Shown here: positions 60,851 to 64,000 of the stretch, in pieces | Numbering within the stretch: position 1 is the first letter of the stretch | Layout: each line of letters starts with the position of its first letter | NCBI RefSeq assembly: GCF_963921235.1 | Contig: NC_086097.1 | Location: forward strand, 191,954,001 to 192,018,000 | Length of the DNA stretch: 64,000 bases | Origin: Mobula hypostoma | Taxonomy: Eukaryota | Reading direction: 5' to 3' | Position numbers and translations under genes: made by a program | Notes under the pieces: model-generated | Seen by the model: the letters and a program-made list of their open reading frames with translations, nothing else | Database searches by the model: none | Told to the model about the DNA's origin: nothing

Positions 60851-63800
60851 ACATCGAAAATAGGTGCAGGAGTAGGCCATTTGGCCCTTCGAGCCTGCAC
60901 CGCCATTCAGTATGATCATGGCTGATTGTCCGACTCAGAACACTGTACCAGCCTTACCTCCATACCCCCTGATCCCTTTAGCCACAAGGGCCATATCTAA
61001 CTCCCTCTTAAATATAGCCAATGAACTGGCCTCAACTGTTTCCTGTGGCAGAGAATTTGACAGTTTCACCTCTCTCTGTGTGAAGAAGTTTTTCCTCATC
61101 TTGGACCTAAAAGGCTTCCCCTTTATCCTCAAACTGTGACCCCTCGTTCTGGACTTCCCCACCACTGGGGACAATCTTCCTGCATCTAGCCTGTCCAATC
61201 CCTTTAGGATTTTATATGTTTCAATAAGATCCCCCCTCAATCTTTAAAATTCCAATGAGTATAAGCCTAGTTGATCCAGTCTTTCATCATATGAAAGTCC
61301 TGCCATCCCAGGAATCAATCTGGTGAACCTTCTTTGTACTCCCTCTATGGCACGGATGTCTTTCCTCAGATTAGGGGACCAAAACTGCACACAATACTCC
61401 AGATGTGGTCTCATCAAGGCCTTGTACAACTGCAGTAGTATCTCCCTGCTCCTGTACTCGAATTCTCTTGCTATGAATGCCAGCATACCATTCGCCTTTT
61501 TCACCGCCTGCTGTACCTGCATGCTCACTTTCAATGACTGGTGTATAATGACACCCAGGTCTCGTTGCACCTCCCCTTTTCCTAATTGGCCACCATTCAG
61601 ATAATAATCTGTTTTCCTGTTTTTGCCACCAAGTGGATAACCTCACATTCATCCACATTAAATTGCATCTGCCATGAATTTGCCCACTCACCTAACCTAT
61701 CCAAGTCACCCTGCATCCTCTTAGCATCCTCCTCACAGCTAACACTGCCACCCAGCTTCGTGTCATCCGCAAACTTAGAGATGCTGAATTTAATTCCCTC
61801 ATCTAAGTCATTAATATATATTGTAAACAACTGGGGTCCCAGCACTGAGCCTTGCAGTACCCCAGTAGTCACTGCCTGCCATTCTGAAAAGGTCCCGTTT
61901 ATTCCCACTCTTTGCTTCCTGTCTGCCAACCAATTCTCTATCTACATCAATACCTTACCCCCAATACCGTGTGCTTTAAGTGTGCACACTAATCTGCTGT
62001 GTGGGACCTTGTCAAAAGCCTTTTGAAAATCCAAATATACCACATCCACTGGTTCTCCCCTATCCAATCTACTAGCTACATCCTCAAAAAATTCTATGAG
62101 ATTCGTCAGACGTGACTTTCCTTTCACAAATCCATGCTGACTTTGTCCGATGATTTCACCGCTTTCCAAATGTGCTGTTATCACATCTTTGATAACTGAC
62201 TCCAGCAGTTTCCCCACCACCGACGTTACGCTAACCGGTCTATAATTCCCCGGTTTCTCTCTCCCTCCTTTTTTAAAAAGTGGGGTTACATTAGCCACCC
62301 TCCAATCCTCAGGAACTAGTCCAGAAGCTAAAGAATTTTGAAAAATTATCACTAATGCATCCACTATTTCTTGGTCTACTTCCTTAAGCACTCTGGGATG
62401 CAGACCATCTGGCCCTGGGGATTTATCTGCCTTCAATCCCTTCAATTTACCTAACACCACTTCCCTACTAACATGTATTTCCCTCAGTTCCTCCATCTCA
62501 CTGGACCCTCTGTCCCCTACTATTTCCGGAAGATTATTTATGTCCTCCTTAGTGAAGACAGAACCAAAGTAGTTATTCAATTGGTCTGCCATGTCCTTGC
62601 TCCCCATAATCAATTCACCTGTTTCTGTCTGTAGGGGACCTAAATTTGTCTTAACCAATCTTTTTCTTTTCACATATCTATAAAAGCTTTTACAGTCAGT
62701 TTTTATGTTCCCTGCCAGTTTTCTCTCATAACCTTTTTTCCCCTTCCTAATTAAGCCCTTTGACCTCCCCTGCTGGACTCTGAATTTCTCCCAGTCCTCA
62801 GGTGAGCCACTTTTTCTGGCTAATTTGTATGTTTCTTCTTTGGAATTGATACTATCCCTAATTTCCCTTGTCAGCCACGGGTGCACTACCTTCCTTGATT
62901 TATTCTTTTGCCAAACTGGGATGAATAATTCTTGTAGTTCATCCATGTGATCTTTAAATGCTTTCCATTGCATGTCCACCGTCAACCCTTTAAGTGTCAT
63001 TTACCAGTCTATCTTAGCTAATTCACGTCTTATACCTTCAAAGTTACCCTTCTTTAAGTTCAGAACCTTTGTTTCTGAATTAACTATGTCACTCTTCATC
63101 TTAATTAAGAATTCCAGCATATTATGGTCACTCTTACCCAAGGGGCCTCTCACGACAAGATTGCTAATTAACCCTTCCTCACTGCTCAATACCCAGCCTA
63201 GAATAGCCTGCTCTCTAGTTGGTTCCTCGACATGTTGGTTCAAAAAACCATCCCGCATATATTCCAAGAAATTCTCTTCCTCAGCACCCTTGCCAATTTG
63301 GTTCAGCCAATCTATATGTAGATTGAAGTCACCCATTATAACTGCTGTTCCTTTATTGCACACATTTCTAATTTCCTGTTTAATACCATCCCCAACCTCA
63401 CTACTACTGTTAGGTGGCCTGTACACAACTCCCACCAGCGTTTTCTGCCCCTTAGTGTTATGCAGCTCTACCCATATCGATTCCACATCCTCCTGGCTAA
63501 TGTCCTTCCTTTCTATTGTGTTAATCTCCTCTCTAATCAGCAATGCTACCCCACCTCCTTTTCTTTCATGTCTATCCCTCCTGAATATTGAATATCCCTG
63601 AATATTGAGCTCCCATCCCTGGTCACCCTGGAGCCATGTCTCTGTGAGCTCAACTACATCATATTCATTAATAACGATCTGCACTTTTAATTCATCCACC
63701 TTGTTACGAATGCTCCTTGCATTGACACACAAAACCCTCAGGCTCGCTTTTACAACACTCTTAGCCACTTTGAAAAGTGGCCCTTTTTGATTTTTGCCCT

Positions 63801-64000
63801 GGATTTGCCGGTCTGCCACTTTTACTTTTCACCTGACTACTTTTTGCTTTTACCCTCATTTTACACCTCTCTGTCTCTCTGCACTTGTTCCCATCCTCCT
63901 GTTGTGGACTAACCTCCTCTCTCCTAGTCTCTTTAATTTGATTCCCACCCACCAACCATTCTAGTTTAAAGTCACCTCAGTAGCCCTCGCAAGTCTCCCC
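60851..64000 (-). mobile_element. Young CR1 LINE, same subfamily as 14404-18142 (runs off the window)
   Basis: ORF2 segments 63001-63819, 61942-63000, 61597-61929, 61244-61570 and 60935-61240 are nearly identical in translation to the first copy; the 3' end abuts another CR1 tail at 60769-60850. Confidence 0.97.

Overview
Vertebrate nuclear DNA, most likely a cartilaginous fish (shark or ray; inferred from the repeat content: dominant CR1 LINEs with esterase ORF1, V-SINEs, Rex1/Babar LINEs, Neptune-type Penelope elements). No host protein-coding gene can be identified with confidence, and most informative ORFs in the track are transposon fragments or antisense frames. The window is a dense, nested field of mobile elements: two young, closely similar CR1 copies (14.4-18.1 kb and 60.9-64 kb) plus many older CR1 fragments, Rex1/Babar LINEs, an L1 3' end, a truncated Mag-type Gypsy element with PBS and LTR end, Tc1 (DD34E) and mariner DNA transposons, and SINEs. 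The most interesting signal is a Penelope-like element (PLE) system. More than a dozen dispersed pseudo-LTR copies carry minimal hammerhead ribozyme motifs (CUGAYGA-stem II-GAAACGUC/U) from two families. Many are tiny non-coding or fold-back inserts flanked by 10-14 bp target-site duplications. Unique stretches hold candidate regulatory elements (an inverted double octamer, an LF-SINE-like relic) and a few weak candidate exons. All coordinates and similarities were read by eye; no alignments or database searches were run.
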